DNA of 64,000 nt from Stegostoma tigrinum (Eukaryota). A program made the translations under genes and the position numbers. The stretch lies in NCBI RefSeq assembly GCF_030684315.1, contig NC_081362.1, positions 96,703,187 to 96,767,186 of the forward strand, written 5' to 3'. The notes under the pieces are model-generated. The model did no database searches. It had not been told where the DNA came from and saw only the letters and a program-made list of their open reading frames with translations. This document shows, one piece after another, positions 51,530 through 64,000 of the stretch. Position 1 is the first letter of the stretch. Each line of letters begins with the position of its first letter.

Positions 51530-53225
51530 ATAAGAAACAGGAGTAGGCAATTCAGCCCCTTGAGCCTGCTCTGCTATTGTGGGGATAATGGCTGATTCCT
51601 CATGCCCACTTGCTCAGAAACCTTCCTTCCATACCCGGGATCATTCTGGTGAACCTTCTCTGAATTGTTTCCAACGAAATGTAAATGTTTCATAACTCTG
51701 GGATCAAAACTGCTGACAGTACTGCAGATGTTGTTTCAGTGCCTTGGACAATTATAGTAAGACTTCCCTACTCTTATACTCCAACCCCCTTAAAATGAGG
51801 GCCAACATTCCATGAGCCTTCCCAATTGCCTGCTGCCCCTGTATGCTAGCTTTCTGTGTTTCATGCACAAGTTTCTCCAAAGTCACAGGGATAAGATAGA
51901 TGTCTGGGTCTGGGTGGAATGCACTTTGGAGAGATAGTATGGACTCAATGGGCCTAATGGTCTGCTTCCATGCTGTAGGGATTTGAAAAACTGTCTTCTT
52001 CTGTTGCATCTTTCTTCAATTTTCTCCATTCAGATAGTATTCTGTTTATTTTGTTCTCCCTTCCAAAATGAACAACTTCACACTTTCAAAAATTATACTC
52101 CATTTGCAACCTTTTAGTTCACTCTCCTAACCTATCAATATATCAACGTAAACTGTTCATATTCCTCTCACAAGAGACAATAGGAACGGCAGATGCTGGA
52201 GAATCCGAGATAACAAGGTATGGAGCTGGATGAACACAGCAGGCCAAGCAGCATCTTAGGAGCACAAAAGCTAATGTTTCGAGCCGAGACCCTTCATCAG
52301 AAAAGTGGGGATGGGGAGAGGGTTCTGGGATAAATAGGGAGAGAGGGGGAGGTGGACCGAAGATGGATAGTCCTGAAGAATGAGGACATCTGGGATATAT
52401 GGGAGTGGAATGCCTCATCCCAGAAGCAGATGTGGTGGAGGCAAAGGAATTGGGAATGGGGATCTTTGATCCACCTCCCCCTCTCTCCCTATTTATTTCA
52501 GAACCCTCTCCCCATCCCCCTTTTCTGATGGAGGGTCTAGGCCCGAAACATCAGCTTTTGTGCTCCTGAGATGCTGCTTGGCCTGCTGTGTTCATCCAGC
52601 CCCAAACTTTGTTATCTCATATTCCTCTCACAAACTGCCTTTTCACTATTTTTGTGTCATTTGGGAGTATTTCTGCAGTGCATTCACTTCCTTCCTCCCA
52701 GTCATTAATTTGTATTGTAAACAATTGGGTCCCAGCACTGATCCCTGTCGAACCCCATGGGTCATAGGTCACCAACTTCAAAAAGACCCCTTATCCCAAC
52801 TGACTGTTTCCTGCCCATGAGCCAATTCTATAGCTGCATCGATATATTCCCTCCAACATTGTGGGCATTTATGACAACATTTTGTGAGGCTCCTCATCTA
52901 ATGCCTCCTGGAATGCAAACATAACACATTCGCTGGTTCCCCTCGATCCACTCTTGTTGAGACTTCCTCAAAAAACTGTAATGAATTAGCTGGACATGAT
53001 AATAAAATGTGGATGAACACAGCAGGCCAAGCAGCATCTCAGGAGCATGAAAGCTGACGTTTCGGGCCTAGACCCTTCATCCATGCTGGACATGACGATC
53101 CTTTTGTGAAGCCACACTGACACTGCTCGATTAGGTTAAGATTTTCCAAATGTTGTGCTATTACGTCTTTGATAATTGATTCCAATACTTTTCCAACAGT
53201 ACATGTGAGGCTAATTGGCCCATAG
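51530..53225 (-). mobile_element. Decayed CR1 RT fragment with nested Penelope mini-elements
   Basis: NYGPISLTCTVGKVLESIIKD...QCGFTKG; GKAHGMLALILRGLEYKS. Confidence 0.78.
52174..52616. mobile_element. Fold-back Penelope-derived element with 17-bp TSD
   Basis: TSD tcatattcctctcacaa at 52157-52173 and 52617-52633; inverted pLTR arms, each with a hammerhead motif. Confidence 0.87.
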
Positions 53226-54299
53226 TTAAATGGTAATTTTAAACCAGAAGCTGCAGCATGACAGAAGGAGTTTGGACACCGTTCCGAGCTGTGTGGTTTA
53301 TCCGGGCCGGGTTTTGTGCGTTGTTTGTACTCCTGGTTGTAAACAGCACATAACACGCGGCTAGAGCTGTGAATGAACTGGGATTAGGAGCAGAGGGATT
53401 GGGAATAGGAAATAGGGAGATGGAGAGGATTGAGAAGAGAGACTGGGACAGGGAACAGAGGGTGGTGTACAATGCGAGAGACTGAAAGAGGGATTTGGTC
53501 TGTGAGTGGGGGCGCTGGGGATGGGTTTAAATGAGAAATTGGGCAGAATCCCGAATCCATTCCACACCCCCAGGGAGTGGGAGCCGGAGGGGAGTGGAGG
53601 TCAGAGTTAGTGTCTGGAATGAGTCCCTGCTTGACCAAACACACAATCTGACAGGGGATCAGCAGAACCACAGGGTCTGGGGCAGAAACCTCCAGCGGGG
53701 GTGGGGGGAAGGGGGTGTTTGTGTGTGTCTGTGACCCCAGGTCCGGATAATTCACCTTTGCACCTTTTATCCCCCCACCACGGTCCTCTGTTGGGGGGGA
53801 TGTGTGAGGAAGTTCCCCGGGGGTTGGAGTGTGTTCCCCGGGAGGTGGGACTTTGTTCCCAGTGCCCCCAACAGCAGCAGCACCGAGCCCCAGATCCGTG
53901 CGGATCGTGTGTGTTCAGTGATTCCATGTTCCTGCTGCCGGCTCCTCCCTGGTACAGTGTACGTGCCAAGTCTCACATCCCAGCCCCTCCCAGATTGCAC
54001 AGCACAGCAGGATCCCGGCTGCAGCCCCTTGGCTAACTCTCTCTCACACATACACACACGAGTTTACAATCTCAAAGCAGCCACTCCGCTGCGTTTGAAC
54101 AATTAATTCCACCCCAATTCTCCACCAGCTTCCACAGAGTCAATCACTGGCAGCAGGGCTACACAGAAACCAGCTCAGCGCAGGTAAGGAGACCCTGGGT
54201 CGGGATGGGGTCGGCAATAATGAGCAGCGATTAGAGGGAGACGGCAAAGAGCTGAGGGGAAAGGGTGAGGGAATGGATTCCAGAGATCAGAGCATACTA

Positions 54300-56330
54300 C
54301 CCAGCGAAGCACTCCCTCAGCACTGACACTCCAACAGTGCCCACTCCCTCAACACTGACCCTCCGGCAGTGCGGCGCTCCCTCAGCACTGACGCTCTGAC
54401 AGTGCCCACTCCCTCAGCACTGACCCTCCGACAGTGCCCACTCCCTCAGCGCTGACCCTCCGACAGTGCGGCGCTCCCTCAGTACTGACCCTCTGACAGT
54501 GCCCGCTCCCTCAGTACTGACCCTCTGACAGTGTCACACTCCCTCAGCACTGACCCTCTGACAGTGCCCACTCCCTCAGTACTGACCCTCTGACAGTGCC
54601 CGCTCCCTCAGTACTGACCCTCCGACAGTGCCCGCTGCCTCAGTACTGACCCTCTGACAGTGTCACACTCCCTCAGCACTGACACTCCAACAGTGCCCAC
54701 TCCCTCAGCACTGACCCTCCGACAGTGCCCACTCCCTCAGCGCTGACCCTCCGACAGTGCGGCGCTCCCTCAGTACTGACCCTCTGACAGTGCCCGCTCC
54801 CTCAGTACTGACCCACTGACAGTGTCACACTCCCTCAGCACTGACCCTCTGACAGTGCCCACTCCCTCAGTACTGACCCTCTGACAGTGCCCGCTCCCTC
54901 AGTACTGACCCTCCGACAGTGCCCGCTGCCTCAGTACTGACCCTCTGACAGTGTCACACTCCCTCAGCACTGACCCTCTGACAGTGCCCACTCCCTCAGT
55001 ACTGACCCTCTGACAGTGCCCGCTCCCTCAGCACTGACCCTCCGACAGTGCCCACTCCCTCAGCACTGACCCTCCGACAGTGCCCACTCCCTCAGCACTG
55101 ACCCTCCGACAGTGCCCACTCCCTCAGCACTGACCCTCCGACAGTGCCCGCTCCCTCAGTGCTGACCCTCCGACAGTGCCCACTCCCTCAGCACTGACCC
55201 TCCGACAGTGCCCACTCCCTCAGCACTGACCCTCCGACAGTGCCCGCTCCCTCAGTGCTGACCCTCCGACAGTGCCCACTCCCTCAGCACTGACCCTCCG
55301 ACAGTGCCCACTCCCTCAGCACTGACCCTCCGACAGTGCGGCGCTCCCTCAGCACTGACCCTCCGACAGTGCCCACTCCCTCAGCACTGACCCTCCGACA
55401 GTGCGGCGCTCCCTCAGCACTGACCCTCCGACAGTGCCCACTCCCTCAGCACTGACCCTCCGGCAGTGCCCACTCCCTCAGCACTGACCCTCCGACAGTG
55501 CCCACTCCCTCAACACTGACCCTCCGGCAGTGCGGCGCTCCCTCAGCACTGACGCTCTGACAGATCTGCGCTCACTCAGTACTGACCCTCCGGCAGTGCG
55601 GCGCTCCCTCAGCACTGACCCTCCGACAGTGCTCATTCCCTCAGCACTGACCCTCCGACAGTGCCTGCTCCCTCAGCACTGACTCTCCAACAATGTCACA
55701 CTCCCTCAGCACTGACCCTCCGACAGTGCGGCGCTCCCTCAGCACTGACCCTCCGACAGTGCCCACTTCCTCCACACTGACCCTCCGACAGTGCCCCCTC
55801 CCTCAGCACTGACCCTCCAACAGTGTCCAGACCCTCAGCCCTGACCCTCCAACAGTGCCCCCTCCCGCAGCACTGACCCTCCGACAGTGCCCCGCTCCCT
55901 CGGCACTGACCCTCCGACAGTGCGGCGCTCCCTCAGCAGTGACCCTCTGACAGTGCCCCGCTCCCTCGGCACTGACCCTCCGACAGTGCGGCGCTCCCTC
56001 AGCAGTGACCCTCTGACAGTGCCCCCTCCCTCAGCACTGACTGTCCAACAGTGCGGCACTCCCTCAGCACTGACCCTCCAACAGTGCCCCCTCCGCCAGT
56101 GCGGCGCTCCCTCAGCACTGACCCTCCAACAGTGCCCCCTCCCTCAGCACTGACTCTCCAACAGTGCCCCCTCCCTCAGCACTGACCCTCCGACAGTGCG
56201 GTGTTCCCTCAGCACTGACCCTCCGACAGTGCCCCCTCCCTCAGCACTGACCCTCCGCCAGTGCGGCACTGCCACAGCACTGACCCTTTAACAATGAGGT
56301 ATTCCCTCAGCATTGACCATCCAATCCCAC
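54300..56330. repeat. 32/33-bp satellite array (about 60 copies)
   Basis: Unit CAGCACTGACCCTCCGACAGTGCCCACTCCCT with variants. A 291-bp (9-unit) higher-order duplication is visible near 54447 and 54738. Confidence 0.96.
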
Positions 56331-57109
56331 ATTGCAGCAATGAATTGTTCATCTAGTTGTAAATAAAAAACAAAAATACAAAGCTGCTGGAAAACTGAAA
56401 CTAAAAAAGGATTAGCTAAAAATGGGTAATTCAGTGCAAAACTTTAACTGTGTTTCTCTCTTCACAGATGCTGCCAGTCCTGCTGAGTTTCTCCAGCATT
56501 TTCTGTTTCTGTCTGACTGGTTGTTGAGCTGACGTTCTGCAGTGGGATTAGAAATCCCACTCTTGCTGACTTTAAGAGGAGCTGACTATTCTGAATATCA
56601 TCCGACAGGAGGATAAATGTTCTGGGGACGTTAGCGGAGTTTGTGTGGGAGTGGAGCATAGCAGAGGGGCATTGATTGCTCCTCACTCACTGGGGCCTGC
56701 TGTTAGATCTGGTTGTAACAAATAAACCCACAACCCCCTGAGGAAATTCCAATCTTTGAGTGTCTGTTAGTCCTTGTAATGTGAGGAGGTTATTGGCTAT
56801 TCAGCCTGAGCCTTTACTCAGCTTGTAGTCAATGTGGCCAGTCACTGACTTCTGTGGTGAACTCTGGAGAAACAAAGGCTGACTGACCAACTCACCTCAC
56901 AAAGATCACTCACATCTCGTCGCCTGCCCTGTGATCCAAGCCACAGCAAACACAAGACAGAGCCTTTATCCACAAGGTGCCTCCTGTTGAGAGGGATCAC
57001 TGGAAGAGCGTGGGGCACACTGATCTGAGGGGACATCTTTCCTGAACTTAAAATGCACCTTCCTGCACTGAACTCAAAACTGATTTGGATTGAGGGTGGG
57101 GCGTAAGAT

Positions 57110-57775
57110 TGTACAGCTTTGGTCTCCTTTGCTGAGGAAGGATGGTCTTGCTCTTGAGAGAGTGCAGCAAAGGTTTACCAGGCCGATTCCGGGGATGGTG
57201 GGACTGACTTATGAGGAGAGATTGACTAGGTTGGGATTGTTTTCACTGGAGTTTAGACAAATGTGGGGGAATCTCATAGAGACTTATAAAACGCTAACAG
57301 AGCTGGAAAGGCTAGATGCAGGGAGAATTTTCCTAATGATGTGTGCATCCAAAACTAGGGCTCACAATATGAGGAGTTGGGGTAGACCATTTAGGATGGA
57401 GATGAGTAGACATTTCTTCACCCAGAGAGTGGTGAACCAGTGGAATTCATTACCCAGGAAGTAGTTGATGCCAAAACATTGAATGTATTCAAGAGATAAT
57501 GGGAACTGCAGATGCTGGAGAATCTGAGATAACAAAGTGTGGAGCTGGATGAACACAGCAGGCCAAGCAGCATCTCAGGAGCACAAAAGCTGATGTTTCA
57601 GGCCGAGACCCTTGAGACGGCTAGATATAGCACTCAGGATGAATGGGATCAAAGGTTATGCAGTGAAAGCAGGATTAGGCTATTGAGTTGGACGATCAGC
57701 CATGATTGTGATGAATGGCAGAACAGGCACAAAGGGCTGATTGGTCTCCTCCTGCTCCTGTCTTCTATGTTTCTA
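57110..57775 (+). mobile_element. CR1 3' fragment
   Basis: VQLWSPLLRKDGLALERVQQRFTR...HFFTQRVVNQWNSLP. Confidence 0.85.
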
Positions 57776-59934
57776 CCAGAAGAGATTCACAGACTGTGGA
57801 TTGAGCAGACAGTCTCCAGTCCAGCATTTCCATGGGATGGTTTTTGAGCAATTCAAATTAGCATTCATAAAATCATAGCTGGACACACAGAATTTCCTGT
57901 TGTGCACAGTCAGAGTGCATTTCCAGTCTATGAGCTCAATACAGATCATTGGTTTCTGCATTTATGGTCAACCCTATCTCATTAAGGTTATATTTGACAG
58001 ACTTTTCCATCATCTGCAAGTCAGGAGTGTGATGGAATACTCCCCACTTGCCTGGATGGATGCCACTCCAACAACACTCAAGAAGCTCAAAACCATCCAG
58101 GACAAAGCAGCCGCTTGATCGGCCCCACATCCACAAGCATCCACTCCCTCCACCACTGATGCTCAGTAACAGCAGTGTGTACTGTCGATAAGATAAACTG
58201 CAGAACTTCAATGGTCCTCAGACAGCACTATCCAAACCCAAGACCACTTTCATCTGGAATGAAAAGGGCATCAGATACTCCTGCAAGTTGCCCTCTAAGC
58301 TATTCCCCACCCTTACTTGGAAATTTCTTTACCTGGTAGTTTCTTTACTCAGAGAGTAGTAAGGAAATGGAACGCTTTGCCTGCAACGGTAGTGGATTCG
58401 CCAACTTTAGGTACATTTAAGTTGTCATTGGATAAGCATATGAACGTATATGGAATAGTATAGGTTAGATGGGCTTGAGATCAGTATGACAGGTTGGCAC
58501 AACATCGAGGGCTGCAGGGCCTGTACTGTGCTGTAATGTTCTCTGTTCTATGTAAATGTATCACTGTTTCTTCAGTGTTGCTGGGTCAAAATTCCAGAAT
58601 TCCCTCCCTAATGGCATTGTGTGTCAAACCACAGTAGGTGGACTGCTGTGATACAAGAAGGAAGGTCACCACCTCCTCAAGGACAAGTAGAGACCTGCCA
58701 GAGGTGCCACATCCTGTGAAAGAATTTTTAAAAAATCCTCGTTTGCATAGTGTGATTTTGCCATCAATCAGGTGAATACATGTAAGCGATTTGCATAGGA
58801 GGTTGGTTCCAGAAGTTGAGGGTGAATCAGTGTAATACATTTCATGTCTGAAATAAGATATTCCCAAAGGAAAACTTGTCACATCACCTGGAACAACAGT
58901 GTGTGATTGTATCAGGAATAGGCTAACTATCCAGATTGACACCACCGAACAGAACAGTCGACACAGCAATGGTTCTGTTATAACATGTAGAAAAGGGAGG
59001 GGACCTGCCACGACAGATCATTATTTCTGCTGACAATAAGCGAACAAGTCAAACTTCAGACGCTGTTTCAAAGACCGAGGAATGCTGAGTAATCATTGCA
59101 AATCCTGTTGATTGACCCTTTCTGTGTGAAGCTCAGTAATGGAGCAAGGATCAGCTAATTGTACAAGCAGATGAAATAAGACACAAGTAAGCCATTCAGC
59201 CCCTGCTTCTCTGTTCAATAAGATCATGGCTGATCTGTTTGTGTCTGGAATTCCACATTCCCATCGCCCCCAATGACCCTTGATTCTCTGCCTAACAAGA
59301 ACCTATCTTCCTCCACCTTAAAAATCTTCAATGTCAACTCCTTCTCCACTGTTCTGAAGCAGAGAGTCACACAGCCCTCTGACAGAAAAACATTCTCCTC
59401 CCTGCTGTCCTGACAGACAGATCACAATTTTGCATTGGTGCCCTTTAGTTCTGCACTGACCAACAAGAGGAAACATTCTATCCACAGTAAACCTTGACAC
59501 GATTATTCAGGATCTCATACACTTCAATCAGGTCATTCCTCACTAAAATCCAGGGGAAACAGCCCCAGTCTGTCCAAACCCTCCTCATTAGATAACACAC
59601 TTATTCCAGGTACAAATCCAATAAACCTCCTCTGAACCATCTCCAACGCCCTTCCTCGAAAAAGACCAAAACTGCACACAGTATCCGAGATGTGGTCTCA
59701 GCTATACCTTATATGACTGAAAAACAAGATTTTTTAAAAATTATTCAGTGATGTGAACATTGCTGGCTTGGCTATTTATTGTAGGCATTTATTGTCCATT
59801 CCTATTAGCCCTTGAGAAGAAGCTGCCTCTTAAACCACTGCAGTTCGTGTTCTGTCAGTAGACCGACAAGGTCCTTAGGGAGGGAATTCCAGGGTTTCAA
59901 CCCAGTGACACCGAAGGAATAGCAATATATTTCC

Positions 59935-61160
59935 TTCTAGGTGGAAGTGGTTCCTCTTCACACCCACCTTCCTGCAAAAATTCCATCCCCTATTCCCAAT
60001 TCCTTCACCTCCGCCGCATCTGCTCCCAGGATGAGGCATTCCACTCCCGCACATCCCAGATGTCCTCGTTCTCCAAGGATCGCAACTCCTCCCCCCCCCC
60101 CACAGTGGTTGAGAACACCCTCAACCGTGTCTCCCGCATTTCCCGCAACACATCACTCACATCCCGCCACGACTGCCCCCAGAGGATCCCCCTCGTCCTC
60201 ACATACCACCCCACCAACCTCTGGATCCAACGCATCATCCTCCGACACTTCCGCCATCTACAATCCCAACCCACCACCAAAGACATTTTTCAAACCCCAT
60301 CCTTGTCTGCCTTCTGGAGAGACCACTCTCTCCGCGATTGCCTTGTCCGCTCCACACTCCCCTCCAACCCCACCACACCCGGCACCTTCCCCTGGAACCG
60401 CAGGAAGTGCTACACTTGCCCCCCACACCTCCTCCCTCACCCCCATCCCAAACCCCAAGATGACTTTGCACATCAAGCAGATGTTCACCTGCACATCCAC
60501 CAATGTGGTATACTGTATCCACTGTACCCGTTGTGGCTTCCTCTACATTGGGGAAACCAAGCAGAGGCTTGGGGACCGCTTTGCAGAACACCCATGCTCG
60601 GTCCACACTAAACAACTGCACTTCCCAGTCGCGAACCATTTCAACTCCCCCTCCCATTCCTTAGATGACATGTCTATCCTGGGCCTCCTGCAGTGCCACA
60701 ATGATGCCACCCGAAGGTTGCAGGAACAGCAACTCATATTCCGCTTGGGAACCCTGCAGCCCAATGGTATCAATGTGGATTTCACCAGCTTCAAAATCTC
60801 CCCTCCCCCCACTGCATTCCAAAACCAGCCCAGCTCGTCTCCGCCTGCCTAACCTGTTCTTCCTCCCACCTCAAGCCACACCTCCATTTCCTCCCTACTG
60901 ACCTCATCCCGCCCCCTTGTCCTGTCCATCCTCCCCAGACTGACCTATCTCCTCCCTACCTCCCCACCCATATTCTCCTCTCCACCTATCTTCTCCTCTA
61001 TCCATCTTCAGCCCGCCTCCCACTCTCTCCCTATTTATTGCAGAATCCTCTCCCCATCCCCCTTTTCTGATGAAGGGTCTCGGCCCGAAATGTCAGCTTT
61101 TGTGCTCCTTAGATGCTGCTTAGCCTGCTGTGTTCATCCAGCCCCACACTTTGTTATCAT
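59935..61160 (+). mobile_element. Penelope-like element 3' half with GIY-YIG endonuclease and 3' pLTR
   Basis: NRRKCYTC, NVVYCIHCTRCGFLYIGETKQRLGDRFAEH, EQQLIFRLGTLQPNGIN; hammerhead motif in the 3' repeat. Confidence 0.92.
61067..61094 (+). ncRNA. Minimal hammerhead ribozyme motif in Penelope 3' repeat
   Basis: CTGATGA-a-GGGtctcggCCC-GAAATGTC. Confidence 0.6.
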
Positions 61161-61989
61161 GGGATAGGTGGTGGAAGGTGCTGTCTTGTCTCTGTAAGGA
61201 GGTAAGCTCACAATCCAGATGTCAGGAGCAGTGACTCAGTGGTTAGCACTGCTGCCTGACAGTGCCAGGGATTCCAGCTTTGGTGGCTGTTTGGAATTTG
61301 CATATTTAAGGCTGAGATAGCTTCTTGATCTGTTGGGGAATCACGGGAAAATGCAGGAAAGAGGACATGAGGAATATCCGATCAGCCGTGATCCTATTGA
61401 ATGGTGGAGCAGGCTCGAGGGGCCAAACGTTACTGTTTTTCTTTTATTAAAAGTTGCTCGTGGACTATTTAAGTTTTACCCACATTCTGATTGTCTCATG
61501 AGTGTTTTTACTGAGACCATTTGTTATTTCCAGGTTTAAGAGTCTAATTCAAATTCTCATACTTTCCTGGCGTGCTCTGATTGATCCCTTTCTGAACGTT
61601 CACTGAATTAGTATGGAGCAGAAGGAGGCCATTTGGCCCATCATACCTGCACTGGGGTCGTTAAATGGAACAACCTCGTGACAATGTCCAGACTTTACCC
61701 CACATCCTTGCACACTATTTCTACCTCAGTAGCCATCCAACACCCTCTTAAATCCCTCACTTACATTGTGTTAAATACCTCCTCATGTGACTCTGGGAGC
61801 AATATAGCAAAATAAACTCTTTGCAGGAAAAGCTGAATGTGAAAATAATTTGTAACAGGGAGACTCTAACACATTGATAGGAAACCCACACAGGCACAAG
61901 GAGAATGTGCAAATTCCACACCTATCCAAAGCTGGAATCAAACACAGATTTTGAGCTTACCCCCTTAAAGGGACAAGACAGCATCTTGC

Positions 61990-62610
61990 ATGTCCACAGA
62001 TCACTGAAGGTATAGGTACAGGAAGGCAAGGTGGATAAGAAGGTACATGAGATGCTTGTCTTTATTGGCTGAGGCTTAGAATCAAGATCAGGGAAGTTAT
62101 TTTGGAATCGGGGTAGTTTATGAGTGGAACAAACTTCCAGAAGAAAATGGTGGGTGCATGTACAGTTACTGCATTTAAAACACATTAAATAGGAACAGTT
62201 TAAAGGGATTTGGGCCAAATACAAGCCAGTGGGACCAGTTTAGTTTGGGAAACTTGGTCGGCACGGAAGAATTGGACCAAAGGGTCTGTTTCCATGTTGT
62301 ATGACACTCTGCCCCATAGCTCTCTGTGGCAAGGAGTTCCAAAGACTCACAACCCTCTGAGAGAAGAAACTCCTCCTCATCTTAGTCTTAAATAGGTGCC
62401 CCTTTATTATGACACAATGCCATCTGGTCCTAGACTCCCATGAGGGAAACATCCTCTCAGCATTTACCCTGTCAAACCCCTTAAGAACTCTATATCGTTC
62501 AATGAGATCATCTCTCATTCTTCTAAACTCCAATGAGCAATTTTCAGCCTGTTTAATCTTTGCCCATAAGACATCCTTCCCAATGAACCTTCTGCGGACT
62601 GCCTCCAAAA
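61990..62610. mobile_element. CR1 3' fragments in both orientations
   Basis: LEFRRMRDDLIE...RRSFFSQRVVSLWNSLPQR on the minus strand, plus a plus-strand 3' remnant. Confidence 0.75.
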
Positions 62611-64000
62611 TCAAGCTGCTGCCCTTCCCCAGCAGGAACTGCTGTGTAACTCTTACCTACCTTCTGAAACCACCAAACAGGACATTCTTGTACAGCATCA
62701 CTACCTGGCGAAATGATGTAAGTGAAATACATGTGAGTAATGCCCCCATTCCGAGAATAAATTCAACTAATATTCATCAAAGAAATTGAATCAACAAGTG
62801 GGCACTCTTGGTGTTATAATATTCAAGAAATCTAAAATGTCACAGAGAAAACTACGCAGAAAATTCTGTTATTAAAATGGTGGCACCTCACTTCCAGTAC
62901 CCGCACTAAGAGGCTATCAGAGCTCTAGCCCTCCTGTTCAAATGCAAGAAATGAAATTTTAATATCACTCCTTCAGTACTTTTCCCACATAGAGCCCGAG
63001 CTACAGTGTCTCTGAACTTCCACACTGTGTTCATTGTGTAGTGTATAGGGAGCAGGAGACACAAGGCCCCTCTATCCCACATCGTTGTGAAGAAAAGTCA
63101 CTGGACTCAAAAAGTTAGCTCTGTTTCTCTCTTCACAGATGCTGTCAGACCTGCTGAGTTTTTGTTTTTAATGGTTTCCCTGCATTCCTTTTGGGAATAT
63201 TCATTTTGGTTTAGTTTGTTTAGGTAAATCCCATCCAGTTAGAAGCAGAGTAGTGTCTCAGAGATATTGGTGCTGCTAACCCACAGTCAGACCATTCTTT
63301 GTGGCCACGTCCCCATCAGTGACACAGGACTCAGCAGGAAGCATAGCTGCCCTGGGGTCTTCCTGAAGTGCTCTCTCCAGCAATGTCTGAAAAATGAAGA
63401 ATGACAATGTAGATCAGTGCTCACTGTTAAAACGTCACTGAGTCTTCATTCAGACTCCAGTATCACGCAGCCCCTTAATGCTGTTCCATATTCAACAGAA
63501 TCATGGGTGATCTGTGACCCAACTTCAGGCACCCAGCTTTTCATCGCACGCACAAACCCGTAAGCTTAGCAAAAACCTATCAATCTAAAACTTCAAAATA
63601 ATAACTGATCTGCCAGCAATTGCCTTTTGTCAAAGTCAGTTCCAAACAATATTTGCTCTTTGTGTGAAGAACGATTCCCGATCCTAATCCTGAAGAGGCT
63701 GGCCTCTGTGCTGTGACATTGTCTCCAAGTTCTACCACTGCAGTGGGTCTACCAGACAATTTCTACCTTTCACATTGACAGTAAAGTTCTTTCTACACTC
63801 TTAAAATGAATGTAAAGCTCCCTGTACTCTTCTAAATTAGAAGAAAATGTCCCTACATTCTTTTGAAATGAAAGTAATACTCTCTCTACCCTTGTAAAAT
63901 GAAAGTGAATGTTCCTCAACACTGATTCTATTAAAGACTACTTGGACAGAGACAGTATGGGATTAGACAGAGTAAAGCCTCCTCTACATTGTCTGCCATC

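Noticed and set aside
54300-56330. CRISPR-like array or RSS heptamer array (GACAGTG/CACTG)
   Set aside because: Eukaryotic head-to-tail satellite with no unique spacers, no canonical CACAGTG and no nonamer at 12/23 spacing.
59941-60852. 303-aa ORF as a host gene
   Set aside because: Frameshifted Penelope RT/GIY-YIG sequence.

Overview
This is vertebrate genomic DNA, almost certainly from a shark. The HE1-type tRNA-SINEs, CR1 LINEs and Penelope-like repeats point to a carpet shark; this is an inference. More than half of the window is transposon debris. Two real gene systems lie on the minus strand. (1) A complete 8-coding-exon ZNF395/ZNF704/SLC2A4RG-family gene (CDS 30315-42987, about 460 aa) with a DUF4772/Tudor-like N-terminus, one C2H2 finger and a C-clamp. 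It has a putative non-coding first exon and a CpG-rich minisatellite dense in CCGG at about 49.4-50.3 kb. (2) Immediately downstream is a cluster of non-rearranging, germline-joined VJ-type immunoglobulin-superfamily exons. One gene is apparently intact: leader exon 13702-13753 and VJ exon 2710-3048, with the remaining exons presumably beyond the left edge. A decayed paralogue has two tandem VJ exons (26434-26563 fragment; 24988-25332 with stops). There are no RSSs. The intact V domain has lost the hydrophobic V-V pairing residues in a way reminiscent of camelid VHH. The window also holds a near-full-length CR1, several Penelope-like GIY-YIG elements and fold-back mini-elements carrying minimal hammerhead ribozymes with 11-17 bp TSDs, and a roughly 2 kb 32-bp satellite. 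Most ORFs in the supplied track are repeat-derived or spurious. Exon boundaries were worked out by hand; repeat boundaries are approximate.
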